A stretch of 64,000 bases of DNA from Candidatus Aminicenantes bacterium (GTDB lineage: Bacteria; Acidobacteriota; Aminicenantia; UBA2199), in assembly GCA_018262835.1 (NCBI GenBank), contig JADFDP010000001.1, forward strand, positions 32,081 through 96,080, written 5' to 3'. The position numbers and the translations under genes are program-made. The notes under the pieces are model-generated. The model searched no databases. It was not told the DNA's origin and was given only the letters and a program-made list of their open reading frames with translations. Positions 25,462 to 34,177 of this stretch are shown here, piece after piece; the stretch's first letter is position 1; every line of letters starts with the position of its first letter.

Positions 25462-27365
25462 TCTACCAGGTATCGGCGACGGCGATCGTCATTTTTCTTA
25501 TCTTTGTCTTTTCGGTCCTGGGCCTCTCGTTCTACTTTGCCCGCAAGGCAAAATCGGCGAGCGGCTATTATGCGGCCGGCGGCCAGATCCACTGGGCGGT
25601 GAACGGCATCGCCTTCGCCGGCGACTACCTCTCCGCTGCCTCCTTCCTGGGCATCTGCGGCATGATCGCCTTCTATGGCTTCGACGGGTTTCTTTACTCG
25701 ATCGGTTACCTGGCGGGCTGGGTGGTGGCCCTTTTTGTCGTCGCCGAGCCCTTGAAGCGCATGGGAAAATATACGTTCGCCGATGCCCTCGACTCCAAGT
25801 TCAACTCGCGCGGCATCAAGCTGACCGCGGCCATCAGTACCCTGGTGGTCTCGATCTTCTACCTGATCCCGCAGATGGTCGGCGCCGGCGCGCTGGTCAC
25901 CCCGCTCCTCGGGCTGCCCCATTGGGTCGGTGTTCTGATCGTCGGATCGGTCGTCATCCTGATCGTGGCCACGGCCGGCATGACCTCCACCACCTACGTG
26001 CAGTTCATCAAGGGCGCCTTGCTGATCTGTTTCTCGCTCGCCGTGGTCGTCTTCCTGCTCAACCGTGGCCTGAAGCGCACCCCCAGCGAGGATTATCATC
26101 GCTTCGTCACCATGCCGGTCACCGTCGCAAACGGGGAAGTTACCGCCGTGGCCGATTCCTCTTTCCGGGTGACGGGCCAGCACCGGGAAAAGGACCTGAC
26201 GTTCGTCAAGCTGGAAAAGAACGGGATCGGCTCCTGGTGGAAACTCAATGCCGACGCAGCCGCGCCTTTCCTGGAGGAGGCGCTGTCGGTCGTCGTCCAA
26301 AAAGACGGGATGGCCCTCTACAACGGCGAGCCCAAGGAAGCGCGCCGGTTCTTCCAGGTAGGCCATCTGAACAAAATTATCGTGGACGGGAAAGAGGTCG
26401 AGGCGACCGGCGCCGTCGGCCCATTTGAGTTCATTCGGCGCATCGAGGATTCCGAGATCGTCCGCTTTGCCAAGTCCGTGTTCACCTACCAGGACGCAAG
26501 CGTCACCCTCTATCACCAGGTCGTCACGCCGGGTAAGGAGATCATGAAACCTGGTCTGTATTACAAGCTCGACAAGGGCTCCAGCTTCTGGTCGCGCCTT
26601 GATTTTCTCTCGCTCATGCTGGCCTTGTTCCTGGGGACTTCCGCTCTCCCCCATATTCTCATTCGTTATTACACGGTCCCCAGCCAACGCGCGGCCCGGA
26701 AATCCACGATCGTAGCCATTGTCGCCATCGGCTTTTTCTATATCCTGACCCTCTACATGGGGACGGGGGCCATGATCAGCGGCTGCCTTGACGTTCAGGA
26801 CTCGAACATGTCGGCGCCGCTGCTGGCGAAAACGTTTGGCGTCACCCTGTTTTCGATCATTTCCGCCATCGCCTTCGCCACGATCCTGGGAACGGTCAGC
26901 GGCCTGATCGTCGCCGCCTCGGGCGCCGTCGCCCACGACCTGATGGACAAATACATGAAAATCGAAATGACCGATCACGCCAAGGTGCGGGCCGGCAGGC
27001 TGGCTGCGGTCGCCGTTGGCCTCGTGGCCATTATCCTGGGGATCATCTTCGAAGGGCAGAACGTCAACTTCCTGGTCGGCTTGGCCTTCGCTATCGCCGC
27101 ATCGGCCAACCTGCCGGCCATCCTGATGCTCCTGTTCTGGAAAAGAACGACGGCCAGGGGCATCTCCTGGGCGATCAGCGTCGGCATGGCGGCATCGTTG
27201 CTGATCATCCTCCTCTCTCCCACCATGTTCGAGATTTATGGTCTTTCGCCCGCGGCGGCGCCGATCCCGTTGCGCAACCCCGGCATCATCTCCATCCCAC
27301 TCGGATTCCTCACGCTGATCATAGCTTCCCTGCTGACAAAAAAGAAAAGTCCCGAAAAGGCTTAG
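25458..27365 (+). CDS. actP: cation/acetate symporter ActP (SSF family) with a large inserted soluble domain
   Basis: SSF motifs (GGQIHWAVNGIAFAGDYLSAASFLG, GTSALPHILIRYYTV). Follows yjcH. 635 aa, with about 155 extra residues around aa 203-358. Confidence 0.85.
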   Translation: MIYQVSATAIVIFLIFVFSVLGLSFYFARKAKSASGYYAAGGQIHWAVNGIAFAGDYLSAASFLGICGMIAFYGFDGFLYSIGYLAGWVVALFVVAEPLKRMGKYTFADALDSKFNSRGIKLTAAISTLVVSIFYLIPQMVGAGALVTPLLGLPHWVGVLIVGSVVILIVATAGMTSTTYVQFIKGALLICFSLAVVVFLLNRGLKRTPSEDYHRFVTMPVTVANGEVTAVADSSFRVTGQHREKDLTFVKLEKNGIGSWWKLNADAAAPFLEEALSVVVQKDGMALYNGEPKEARRFFQVGHLNKIIVDGKEVEATGAVGPFEFIRRIEDSEIVRFAKSVFTYQDASVTLYHQVVTPGKEIMKPGLYYKLDKGSSFWSRLDFLSLMLALFLGTSALPHILIRYYTVPSQRAARKSTIVAIVAIGFFYILTLYMGTGAMISGCLDVQDSNMSAPLLAKTFGVTLFSIISAIAFATILGTVSGLIVAASGAVAHDLMDKYMKIEMTDHAKVRAGRLAAVAVGLVAIILGIIFEGQNVNFLVGLAFAIAASANLPAILMLLFWKRTTARGISWAISVGMAASLLIILLSPTMFEIYGLSPAAAPIPLRNPGIISIPLGFLTLIIASLLTKKKSPEKA

Positions 27366-27374
27366 GAGGATGCG

Positions 27375-28676
27375 ATGACCAAGACAAGCATTATTCTTCT
27401 CTTTCTGATCGGATTGCTCTGGCTGCCGCTGTCAGCCGAGGAGGAGACGGCGAAATTCGGGATCTCTTTTTCCGGTTTCGTGAAAAGCGACTTCTTCTAT
27501 GATTCGCGGCAGACGGTTTCCATCCGCGAAGGCCATTTCCTGTTGTATCCGGCCGCAGAGGACCTGGACGCCAACGGCGAGGACATCAACGCCGACTCCA
27601 GCTTCAATTTTATTTCCATCCAGACCCGCCTGACCGGGGCGATCAGCGCTCCCGACGCTTTCGGCGCCAAAGTGAAGGGGGTGGTCGAAGCCGATTTCTT
27701 CGGCAACGAGAACGCCGCCTTCGTCGACGCCAACGGGTTCCGCTTGCGCCATGCCTATGCCCAGTTGTCGTGGAAAAAAACCCAGCTGCTGTTCGGGCAG
27801 TATTGGCACCCCATGTTCGTCCCGGCCTGTTATTCCGAGGTGATCTCGTTCAATACCGGGTCCCCCATGCAGCCTTTTTCTCGCAACCCGCAACTCCGGT
27901 TCACCCGGCAGCTGGGCCGCTTCAGCCTGATCGGGGTAATGGCCGCGCAGCGGGACTTCACCAGCCCGGGCGGTTCGAACGTTCAGCGGAATGCGGCCCT
28001 GCCCGAGTTCCATCTCCAGCTCCAGTACCAGAACCGGCCGCAACCCGGTGGCAATGGATTCATGGCCGGCATCGGCGCCGGCTACAAGTCCATACAGCCC
28101 CTCCTGTTCAGCGAAGCGGCCGCAGGAAAATTTGCCAGTGACGAAATGGTGTCCGATTTTTCTTTGACCGCCTTCGCCAAGTTCAGCGCCTCGGCTTTTA
28201 CGCTGAAGATCCAGGGCGTATACGGCGGCAACCTCTTTGACCTGCTCATGCTCGGCGGCTATGCCGTGCACGAGGTGACCGATGCATCGACCAACCGGGT
28301 CACCTATACGGCCTTGAAGACGATGTCGGCCTGGACTGAATTCATGACCCAGGGGAAGAAGGTGCAATTCGGGTTGTGGGGCGGCTACACGCAAAACCTG
28401 GGCGCCGGCGACCCCATCGCCTTTTATTCCGACCGACCCGGCGGCACGCTGGCCACCGTCCGCGGCGCCAACATTAAAAGCGTCATGCGCGTCTCCCCGC
28501 GGATCGTTTTCCCCGCTGGAAAATTCAGCCTGGCCTTCGAAGCGGAATATACCCGTGCCGCTTACGCCGACCGGGATGAAACGGGAACCCTCTTCCGTGA
28601 CGGGTCCGGCGTCATCACCCGCACCCGGGCCGAGGACAATCTCCGTCTCCTCGCCGCCGCTGTTTTGAGGTTTTGA
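27375..28676 (+). CDS. putative porin (outer-membrane beta-barrel)
   Basis: Signal peptide present. Beta-strand periodicity. C-terminal ...LLAAAVLRF with a terminal Phe. 9 nt after the actP stop. Confidence 0.55.
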   Translation: MTKTSIILLFLIGLLWLPLSAEEETAKFGISFSGFVKSDFFYDSRQTVSIREGHFLLYPAAEDLDANGEDINADSSFNFISIQTRLTGAISAPDAFGAKVKGVVEADFFGNENAAFVDANGFRLRHAYAQLSWKKTQLLFGQYWHPMFVPACYSEVISFNTGSPMQPFSRNPQLRFTRQLGRFSLIGVMAAQRDFTSPGGSNVQRNAALPEFHLQLQYQNRPQPGGNGFMAGIGAGYKSIQPLLFSEAAAGKFASDEMVSDFSLTAFAKFSASAFTLKIQGVYGGNLFDLLMLGGYAVHEVTDASTNRVTYTALKTMSAWTEFMTQGKKVQFGLWGGYTQNLGAGDPIAFYSDRPGGTLATVRGANIKSVMRVSPRIVFPAGKFSLAFEAEYTRAAYADRDETGTLFRDGSGVITRTRAEDNLRLLAAAVLRF

Positions 28677-28701
28677 ATCCGGAAGTATCCGCAGCGCCGC
28701 G

Positions 28702-29481
28702 ATGAAAATCGGTATTCTCAGCGACATTCACGAAGATGCGGAAAGATTGGAAGCGGCCCTGCGCCTGTTGGAAAAGAGGAACTGCGACGAGCTCATCTGC
28801 CTCGGCGATATCATCGGTTTCGATGTGCGCCATTACCGTTACCTGGCGAAGCGTGATGCCTCCCGTTGCGTGGCCATGGTACGCGCCAACTGCCGCCTGG
28901 TGCTGGCCGGCAACCACGATCTCTTTGCCATCCGCAAACCGCCCAGGGCGAATGGCTGTTTCGTTTTTCCAGAAAACTGGTACCAGTTGGACTTCAGCGA
29001 ACGGAAAAAGCTGGGGGAGGACAGGATCTGGCTTTTCGAGCACCAGGAGCTTTCCCCGCTGCTGAGCGCCGCGGATCGCGACTACATCGATTCCCTGCCC
29101 GAATTCCTCATGGCGGATTTCGCCGGGACGCGCATGCTCTTCTCCCATGAAATATTCCCCGACCCGTCCGGTTCTTTGACCTGGAGGCCGAAAAACCATT
29201 GGGATTTCCGCCAGCACTTTCACTTCATGCAGGAGAATCGCTGCCGCCTCGGGGTCTCCGGGCACCTGCATCCGGACGGCATCGGCATCGTTCACGATAC
29301 GAAATTCCACTTTTCCCACTTCCGGGCTCATGCGATTCCCCTGGATCTGGTACAATATGTATGTCCTTGTATGGCCAACTCGGCGAGCCGCAACGGCTTC
29401 TTGATACTGGACACGGTCCGCATGACCATGGAAGCGGTGGCGCTGAAATCGAAACCATACCGGGTTGAAGGCTTCCGATGA
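28702..29481 (+). CDS. calcineurin-like metallophosphoesterase
   Basis: Motifs ILSDIHED, CLGDIIG and LAGNHD. Confidence 0.75.
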   Translation: MKIGILSDIHEDAERLEAALRLLEKRNCDELICLGDIIGFDVRHYRYLAKRDASRCVAMVRANCRLVLAGNHDLFAIRKPPRANGCFVFPENWYQLDFSERKKLGEDRIWLFEHQELSPLLSAADRDYIDSLPEFLMADFAGTRMLFSHEIFPDPSGSLTWRPKNHWDFRQHFHFMQENRCRLGVSGHLHPDGIGIVHDTKFHFSHFRAHAIPLDLVQYVCPCMANSASRNGFLILDTVRMTMEAVALKSKPYRVEGFR

Positions 29482-32021
29482 AAAAGCGACGGACGCGGAT
29501 CGATGCCCGAAAGTTTTTCCTGACCATCATTTTACCCACGGCATTGACCATCGGGGTTTTTATCCTGCTGATCTTCCGCTTTCTCGTCCCCTATTTTGAA
29601 CATAACCTCCTGGTCCAGAAAAAAGGAATGATCCGTGAACTGGTCAATGTCGCGGTCAGCACCGCGGCCAAATTCCGGCTCGAGGCCGAGCGGGGCATCA
29701 TGACCGAGGCCGAAGCGCGGGCGCGCGCCGTCGCCCAGATCCAGGGCATGCGCTATGGCGTGGGCAACAAGGATTATTTCTGGATCACCGATCTGCTGCC
29801 GCGGATGATCATGCATCCATACCGCAGCGATTTGAACGGGCGGGACCTGAGCGGCTTCAGCGACCCTGAAGGGAAAAAACTGTTCGTGGAGATGGTGCGC
29901 GTCGTGCGCGCGAAAAAATCCGGCTATGTCGATTACATATGGCAATGGATGGACGAGAGCGAGCGCATCGTCCCCAAAATATCCTATGTGCGGGAATTCG
30001 CCCCCTGGGGGTGGATCATCGGCACTGGCATCTATATTGAGGACATTCGCCTGGAGATCGCCGCCATCAAGCAGCGCCTGGTCGTCATTTCGCTGCTGAT
30101 TTTCGCCTTGCTGGCCCTGCTGCTGACCTTTATCGTCCGCCAGAACCTGAAGGCGGAAAGGAAGAGATCGGAAGCCGAAGCCGACCTGTTCCACTCGCGG
30201 GAAAAATACAAGGCGCTGGTCGAGGCGGCGACCGAAGGGACCTGGATGATCCTGGAGGGAAGGAGCGTCTTCACAAACCGCAAGCTCCTGGAATTTTTCC
30301 CCGAGCTGGGTGTTGGCCCGATCAGCGACGACTTAAGGGAAATCATCCCGCCGGAGCGGGCGGAGGACCGCCGGAAAGTCGCCGATTTCAAGAATAGTGA
30401 ATCCACCTCCCTGCAGTTGGAAACCCGGTTGAAAAGCGCGTCGGGCCAGTCGGTCGACGTGCTGATCTCGATTTCGAAAATCGCTCTGGCGGAGAAGAAA
30501 GGGTATATCTTGATCCTCAAGGAACTGGGTGATGGCGGCGATCCGCAGGCGCGCGAACGGCGGGAGGATGAATTCCGTTCCGAGATCGGGCTGATCCTGA
30601 TGAACCTTCATCGACTGGCGGGTGACGCCAGCCGGGAGCCGGTCTTCTGCGCGGCCACCCTCCCCATCCAGGACGCCGTCGCCTTGATGAACGGGCATCG
30701 CCGTGACGCGTTGGTCGTCCGGTCGGAGACGGGAGCCGCTATCGGCATCTTCACCGACTCCGATCTCCGCCGCCGGGTCGTCGGTGAAGGAGTCCCTGCC
30801 TCAGCCCAGGTGTCCGTCGTCATGAGCGCGCCGTTGATCGGGATCGCCGCTACCGCCCCTCTGTCCGCCGCCTGGCGGCTGATGGAACGCCACGACATCG
30901 GCCATGTCGTCATCCGGGGCGCGGCGGGCGCCGTCGGCGGGATACTGGCGCGGGGCGATATCGAGCAGATGATCATTGCCGGCCAGCCAGCGGTAGCCGT
31001 CCCGGCCGCCGCCGAAGTTTCCATCGATGCCCTGCGCCAGCGTTTCCAGCGGCTGCCGCATTTAGTCGCGGGATTGGCGGGAAGCGGCGCGCGCACGGAA
31101 TTGATCACCGGGGCGACCACCGCAGTCGCCGATGAAACCGTCACGTCCCTGGCCAGGGTGGTTGAGACGGAACTCGGGCCGGCGCCGCTCCCCTTCGTTT
31201 TTATCGTGCTCGGCAGTGAGGGGCGTGCGGAACAGACCCTGCTCACCGACCAGGACAACGCCCTGATCTTCGCCGATTCCGACGTGGCCGGCGCCGCGGC
31301 CGCCCGCGCCTATTTCCAGGCATTCGGCGAACGGCTGAACCGGCTCCTGGCGCAAGTCGGCTACGCCCTGTGTCCGGGTCAGGTCATGGCCGGGAACAGC
31401 GTGTGGAACCAGCCTCTTTCCACCTGGAAGCGCTACTTCAGCGAATGGATCGAAACCCCCGACCCCAAAAATCTTCTGGAGATCAGCACATTCTTCGACC
31501 TGCGGGCCGTCTTCGGCGCCGCGGGCCTGGCAGAGGAACTTGGCGACCAAATTCGCCTGGACCTGAAGAATCACCCCGCCTTCTTTGGCCATCTCGCCAG
31601 GGTTTGCCGGGACTATAAAATCCCCCTGGGGATCTTCGGGAAAATCCACACGGAAACGAGCGACGAGCATGCCAACCGGGTCAACATCAAGAGCCCCATT
31701 CGCGTGATCGTAAACCTGGTCCGGCTCTATACCATGGCTCACCAGGTCCGGGAAACCAATACCATCGGCCGCATGAGGGGATTATACGAGAAAGGCGTTT
31801 TTTCCCGATCTTTCTTCGCGGACCTCCGCCAGGACTTTGATTTCCTGATGCGCCTTCAATTCCAAAGCCAGATCAAGACGTATCGGCAGGGGAGACCACT
31901 GGACCACTATATCGACTTGGACGACCTCTCTACCATCGAAGTGGAAACGATCAAGACGATCTTTTCCCAGATCGGTTCCTTCCAGTCCCGCCTGAAGCAC
32001 GAGTTCTCCATACCCGAATAA
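29478..32021 (+). CDS. membrane sensor: Cache - TM - PAS - CBS pair - DUF294-type nucleotidyltransferase
   Basis: Cache-like periplasmic part (KDYFWITDLLPRMIMHPY...GWIIGTGIYIEDI) between two TM helices. PAS-like segment. CBS pair (VVRSETGAAIGIFTDSDL, VIRGAAGAVGGILARGDI). NTase motif LGSEGRAEQTLLTDQDNALIF, then a DUF294_C-like helical end. ATGA overlap with the upstream gene. Confidence 0.7.
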   Translation: MKKRRTRIDARKFFLTIILPTALTIGVFILLIFRFLVPYFEHNLLVQKKGMIRELVNVAVSTAAKFRLEAERGIMTEAEARARAVAQIQGMRYGVGNKDYFWITDLLPRMIMHPYRSDLNGRDLSGFSDPEGKKLFVEMVRVVRAKKSGYVDYIWQWMDESERIVPKISYVREFAPWGWIIGTGIYIEDIRLEIAAIKQRLVVISLLIFALLALLLTFIVRQNLKAERKRSEAEADLFHSREKYKALVEAATEGTWMILEGRSVFTNRKLLEFFPELGVGPISDDLREIIPPERAEDRRKVADFKNSESTSLQLETRLKSASGQSVDVLISISKIALAEKKGYILILKELGDGGDPQARERREDEFRSEIGLILMNLHRLAGDASREPVFCAATLPIQDAVALMNGHRRDALVVRSETGAAIGIFTDSDLRRRVVGEGVPASAQVSVVMSAPLIGIAATAPLSAAWRLMERHDIGHVVIRGAAGAVGGILARGDIEQMIIAGQPAVAVPAAAEVSIDALRQRFQRLPHLVAGLAGSGARTELITGATTAVADETVTSLARVVETELGPAPLPFVFIVLGSEGRAEQTLLTDQDNALIFADSDVAGAAAARAYFQAFGERLNRLLAQVGYALCPGQVMAGNSVWNQPLSTWKRYFSEWIETPDPKNLLEISTFFDLRAVFGAAGLAEELGDQIRLDLKNHPAFFGHLARVCRDYKIPLGIFGKIHTETSDEHANRVNIKSPIRVIVNLVRLYTMAHQVRETNTIGRMRGLYEKGVFSRSFFADLRQDFDFLMRLQFQSQIKTYRQGRPLDHYIDLDDLSTIEVETIKTIFSQIGSFQSRLKHEFSIPE

Positions 32022-32220
32022 TCCTTTTCTCGAGCCATGGGTTCTCGGAACCGCCCGGATGGTCTTTTAGGCCAAGAATTCTGGCTTGTTTGTTTTTTCA
32101 GATAAAATTATGGTGGGCGGTACGATCGGCATCATTTACCGAAGAAAAATTATTTGCGTTTGACCATGTTCTGGAAAAAACAGGCCGCGGCCATTTGTTC
32201 GTGCGCTACAGAACCGGCAG

Positions 32221-32301
32221 CTAGCCGAGGATGGCGTCCTTGCAAGCCTTGGCGACGCGGAACTTGACGATGCGCTTGGTCGGGATCCTGATCGCTTCGC
32301 C
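32221..32301 (-). pseudogene. C-terminal fragment of an HU/IHF-family DNA-binding protein gene
   Basis: The minus strand reads ...TGEAIRIPTKRIVKFRVAKACKDAILG*, the C-terminal arm/strand region of HU/IHF. The N-terminal ~60 aa are missing. It abuts the DMT remnant head-to-head. Confidence 0.65.
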
Positions 32302-32302
32302 G

Positions 32303-32470
32303 GTGGCCATCGCCCATGCCCATATCGGCGTCGCTTCGACGCTGATGTCGCTCACCCCCGTGCTGCTGCTGCCGGTGTCTTATTTCCTCTTTAAAGAAAA
32401 AATCACTGCCCGGGCAATGATTGGAACAGTGGCTGCCTTGTTGGGGGTTATCCTGCTCTTCTTGATTTGA
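32303..32470 (+). pseudogene. detached copy of the last 168 nt of the EamA/DMT transporter gene
   Basis: Encodes VAIAHAHIGVASTLMSLTPVLLLPVSYFLFKEKITARAMIGTVAALLGVILLFLI*. The gene at 24013-24180 encodes VAIAHAHIGVASTLMSLTPVILLPVSHILFKERITSRAIVGTLVALLGVVMLFLI*. Same orientation and same length. Confidence 0.85.
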
Positions 32471-32531
32471 TTCGCCGCTCTCGCAAAGGAAGAATGGTAG
32501 CGGGAGCGTGAATACAATTCACGGCCATTGG

Positions 32532-32560
32532 TTGCAATTTCAAAAAAAGTTACCTAAAAT
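32532..32560 (+). promoter_or_regulatory. sigma-70-type promoter (TTGCAA-N17-TAAAAT)
   Basis: TTGCAA at 32532-32537, a 17-nt spacer, then TAAAAT at 32555-32560. The palindrome CGTGAAT-ACA-ATTCACG (32508-32524) lies just upstream. Confidence 0.5.
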
Positions 32561-32634
32561 CGATTCATGGGAAAAATGGGTTTTCCAATAGGTTTCCATA
32601 AATCCACGAATTTTCCGCTGGAGGGGTGAGAGTC

Positions 32635-33726
32635 ATGATGAATGCTTGTGTCGCTGTTTCTCTCCTGCTCCTGGGTCTCTTTCCGCAGAGCCTGTTTTCC
32701 GACCGGACCGCGGCGGAGCCGGGTGCGAAGCGGCTCGCTTTTGTTTCCAATCTGATGAGCCACACGCTTTCAGCCGTCGATCTGGACGGCCAGAGCGGCT
32801 TCCGAAATTTCAATGTCGGGCGCTACCCCATCTTTTCCTCCCTTCACCCTCACGACCCGACCAAGCTGATTGTCGCGCTCCATAACTATGATCGTCTCGA
32901 TGACCAGGACGGCATCGTCTTGTTCGACATCTGGAAGGAAAAGGTTGTCAAAAAAGTCCCCATCCCGGGTGTGGGAATGCCCTCAGGTTTTGTCTATGAC
33001 GGGAAGCGCAACAGGATTTATGTGGCCGATGAAAACCTGAACCGGGTGTTTGTCCTGGACGGCATGACACTGGATATCATCTTCCAGCTTCCCGCGGGTC
33101 TCATCCCCGTGCACGTCGATATTTCTCCCGACGGCAAATGGCTGGCGGTCACGAATCGGAAAAGCGCGGATCTCTATGTGTACGACCTGGACAACATCCT
33201 CAATGACGCCAAGGACGGCATATGCAGCATTCACCTGGGCCCCGCTCCGGGTTGCCTGTGGAACCCGGATGAAGCGGGCGTCACGGCAACCAGCCATCCC
33301 ATCGATGTGAAGTTCGGGAATGAAGCGAATGTCTGTTACGTCACGGACTACAACACCAAGGAACTCCTCTTCGTGGATATCCTGAAGCGGGAGGTGGTCG
33401 CCCGGGTGGCCTTCAGGGATATGCCGTTCGATTTTTCGCTGAATCGCGAAAAGACTCTTGCTTATGTCTGCCAGGTCGGCGGCGAATCCGTCACGGTTGT
33501 CGATCTGGGCAAGAGGAAGATCCTCACCGAGATTCCCGGTTTGCTCTCAAATCCCATCCATTGCGTGCTCGATGAAGAGCGCAATCAACTGATCGTGGGA
33601 TGCTGGGGGGGCGCCCGCACCGGGGGGATTTACGTTATCGATCTTGAGACCTATCGGATTCAGAAACACTTCGTCCTGGAGGGGGCTGCGGCTTCCATCG
33701 GCATCAGCATCGCCCGGGAGCCCTGA
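32635..33726 (+). CDS. secreted YVTN/YncE-like beta-propeller repeat protein
   Basis: Signal peptide present. Repeated motifs of the form '...N.V.V.D..' (LAFVSNLMSHTLSAVDL, IYVADENLNRVFVLD, LAVTNRKSADLYVYD, CYVTDYNTKELLFVD, AYVCQVGGESVTVVD). ATG 32635 lies 8 nt after GGAGGGG. Confidence 0.6.
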   Translation: MMNACVAVSLLLLGLFPQSLFSDRTAAEPGAKRLAFVSNLMSHTLSAVDLDGQSGFRNFNVGRYPIFSSLHPHDPTKLIVALHNYDRLDDQDGIVLFDIWKEKVVKKVPIPGVGMPSGFVYDGKRNRIYVADENLNRVFVLDGMTLDIIFQLPAGLIPVHVDISPDGKWLAVTNRKSADLYVYDLDNILNDAKDGICSIHLGPAPGCLWNPDEAGVTATSHPIDVKFGNEANVCYVTDYNTKELLFVDILKREVVARVAFRDMPFDFSLNREKTLAYVCQVGGESVTVVDLGKRKILTEIPGLLSNPIHCVLDEERNQLIVGCWGGARTGGIYVIDLETYRIQKHFVLEGAAASIGISIAREP

Positions 33727-33818
33727 ATCGGCCGTTTTCTCCAAGCCATAATGCATGGGTCTTGAATTGTCATGGGAAAGATCGGGGGTGCTTTTTTTGT
33801 GGCCACCTGCAACAAATA

Positions 33819-33861
33819 GAAAAAAAGAGGCGCGGTCCGGATCCCAGATCCGCCGCGCCTC
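33819..33861 (-). terminator. rho-independent terminator (minus strand)
   Basis: GAGGCGCGG...CCGCGCCTC stem, followed on the minus strand by T7. 24 nt downstream of the 33885-34124 gene. Confidence 0.65.
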
Positions 33862-33884
33862 CGGAGAGGAAGACAAAAGGGGAA

Positions 33885-34124
33885 TCAATTTAGGTAGTGC
33901 TTTTTCAACTGTTCTGCCTTCTGCTTCCCTGCTTCGGTCAGAATCGCCAGCTTCTTGTCCTTGAACTGAATGATCAGCTTGTCATCGGCAAGTTTGTTCA
34001 TGGCTTTGAAGCTGTAGCCTTTCCAGGAACAGAATGCCTTTTCGCCGGGATTGTTGCGTGAATCTTCTTCCCAGCCGGTCAGAAACATCAACAGCAGGCT
34101 CAAGTCCTTGATTTTTTCTTCCAT
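33885..34124 (-). CDS. small hypothetical cytoplasmic protein
   Basis: 79 aa (MEEKIKDLSLLLMFLTGWEED...SWKGYSFKAMNKLADDKLI...). AT-richer than its neighbours. Family not identified with confidence. Confidence 0.45.
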   Translation of the reverse strand: MEEKIKDLSLLLMFLTGWEEDSRNNPGEKAFCSWKGYSFKAMNKLADDKLIIQFKDKKLAILTEAGKQKAEQLKKHYLN

Positions 34125-34142
34125 TTCTTTCTCCTGTTTGAG

Positions 34143-34171
34143 GGCGGGGAAGCCGTGACGGCTTCCCCGCC
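34143..34171 (-). terminator. perfect 13-bp hairpin just downstream of comEA
   Basis: GGCGGGGAAGCCG-TGA-CGGCTTCCCCGCC, 7 nt after the comEA stop. The T-rich run lies on the plus-strand side, so the direction of action is uncertain. Confidence 0.45.
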
Positions 34172-34177
34172 TTTGTT

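Noticed and set aside
25425-28727. 517-aa and 431-aa ORFs antisense to actP and the porin gene
   Set aside because: Shadow frames. The plus-strand genes have clear family motifs, signal peptides and operon structure.
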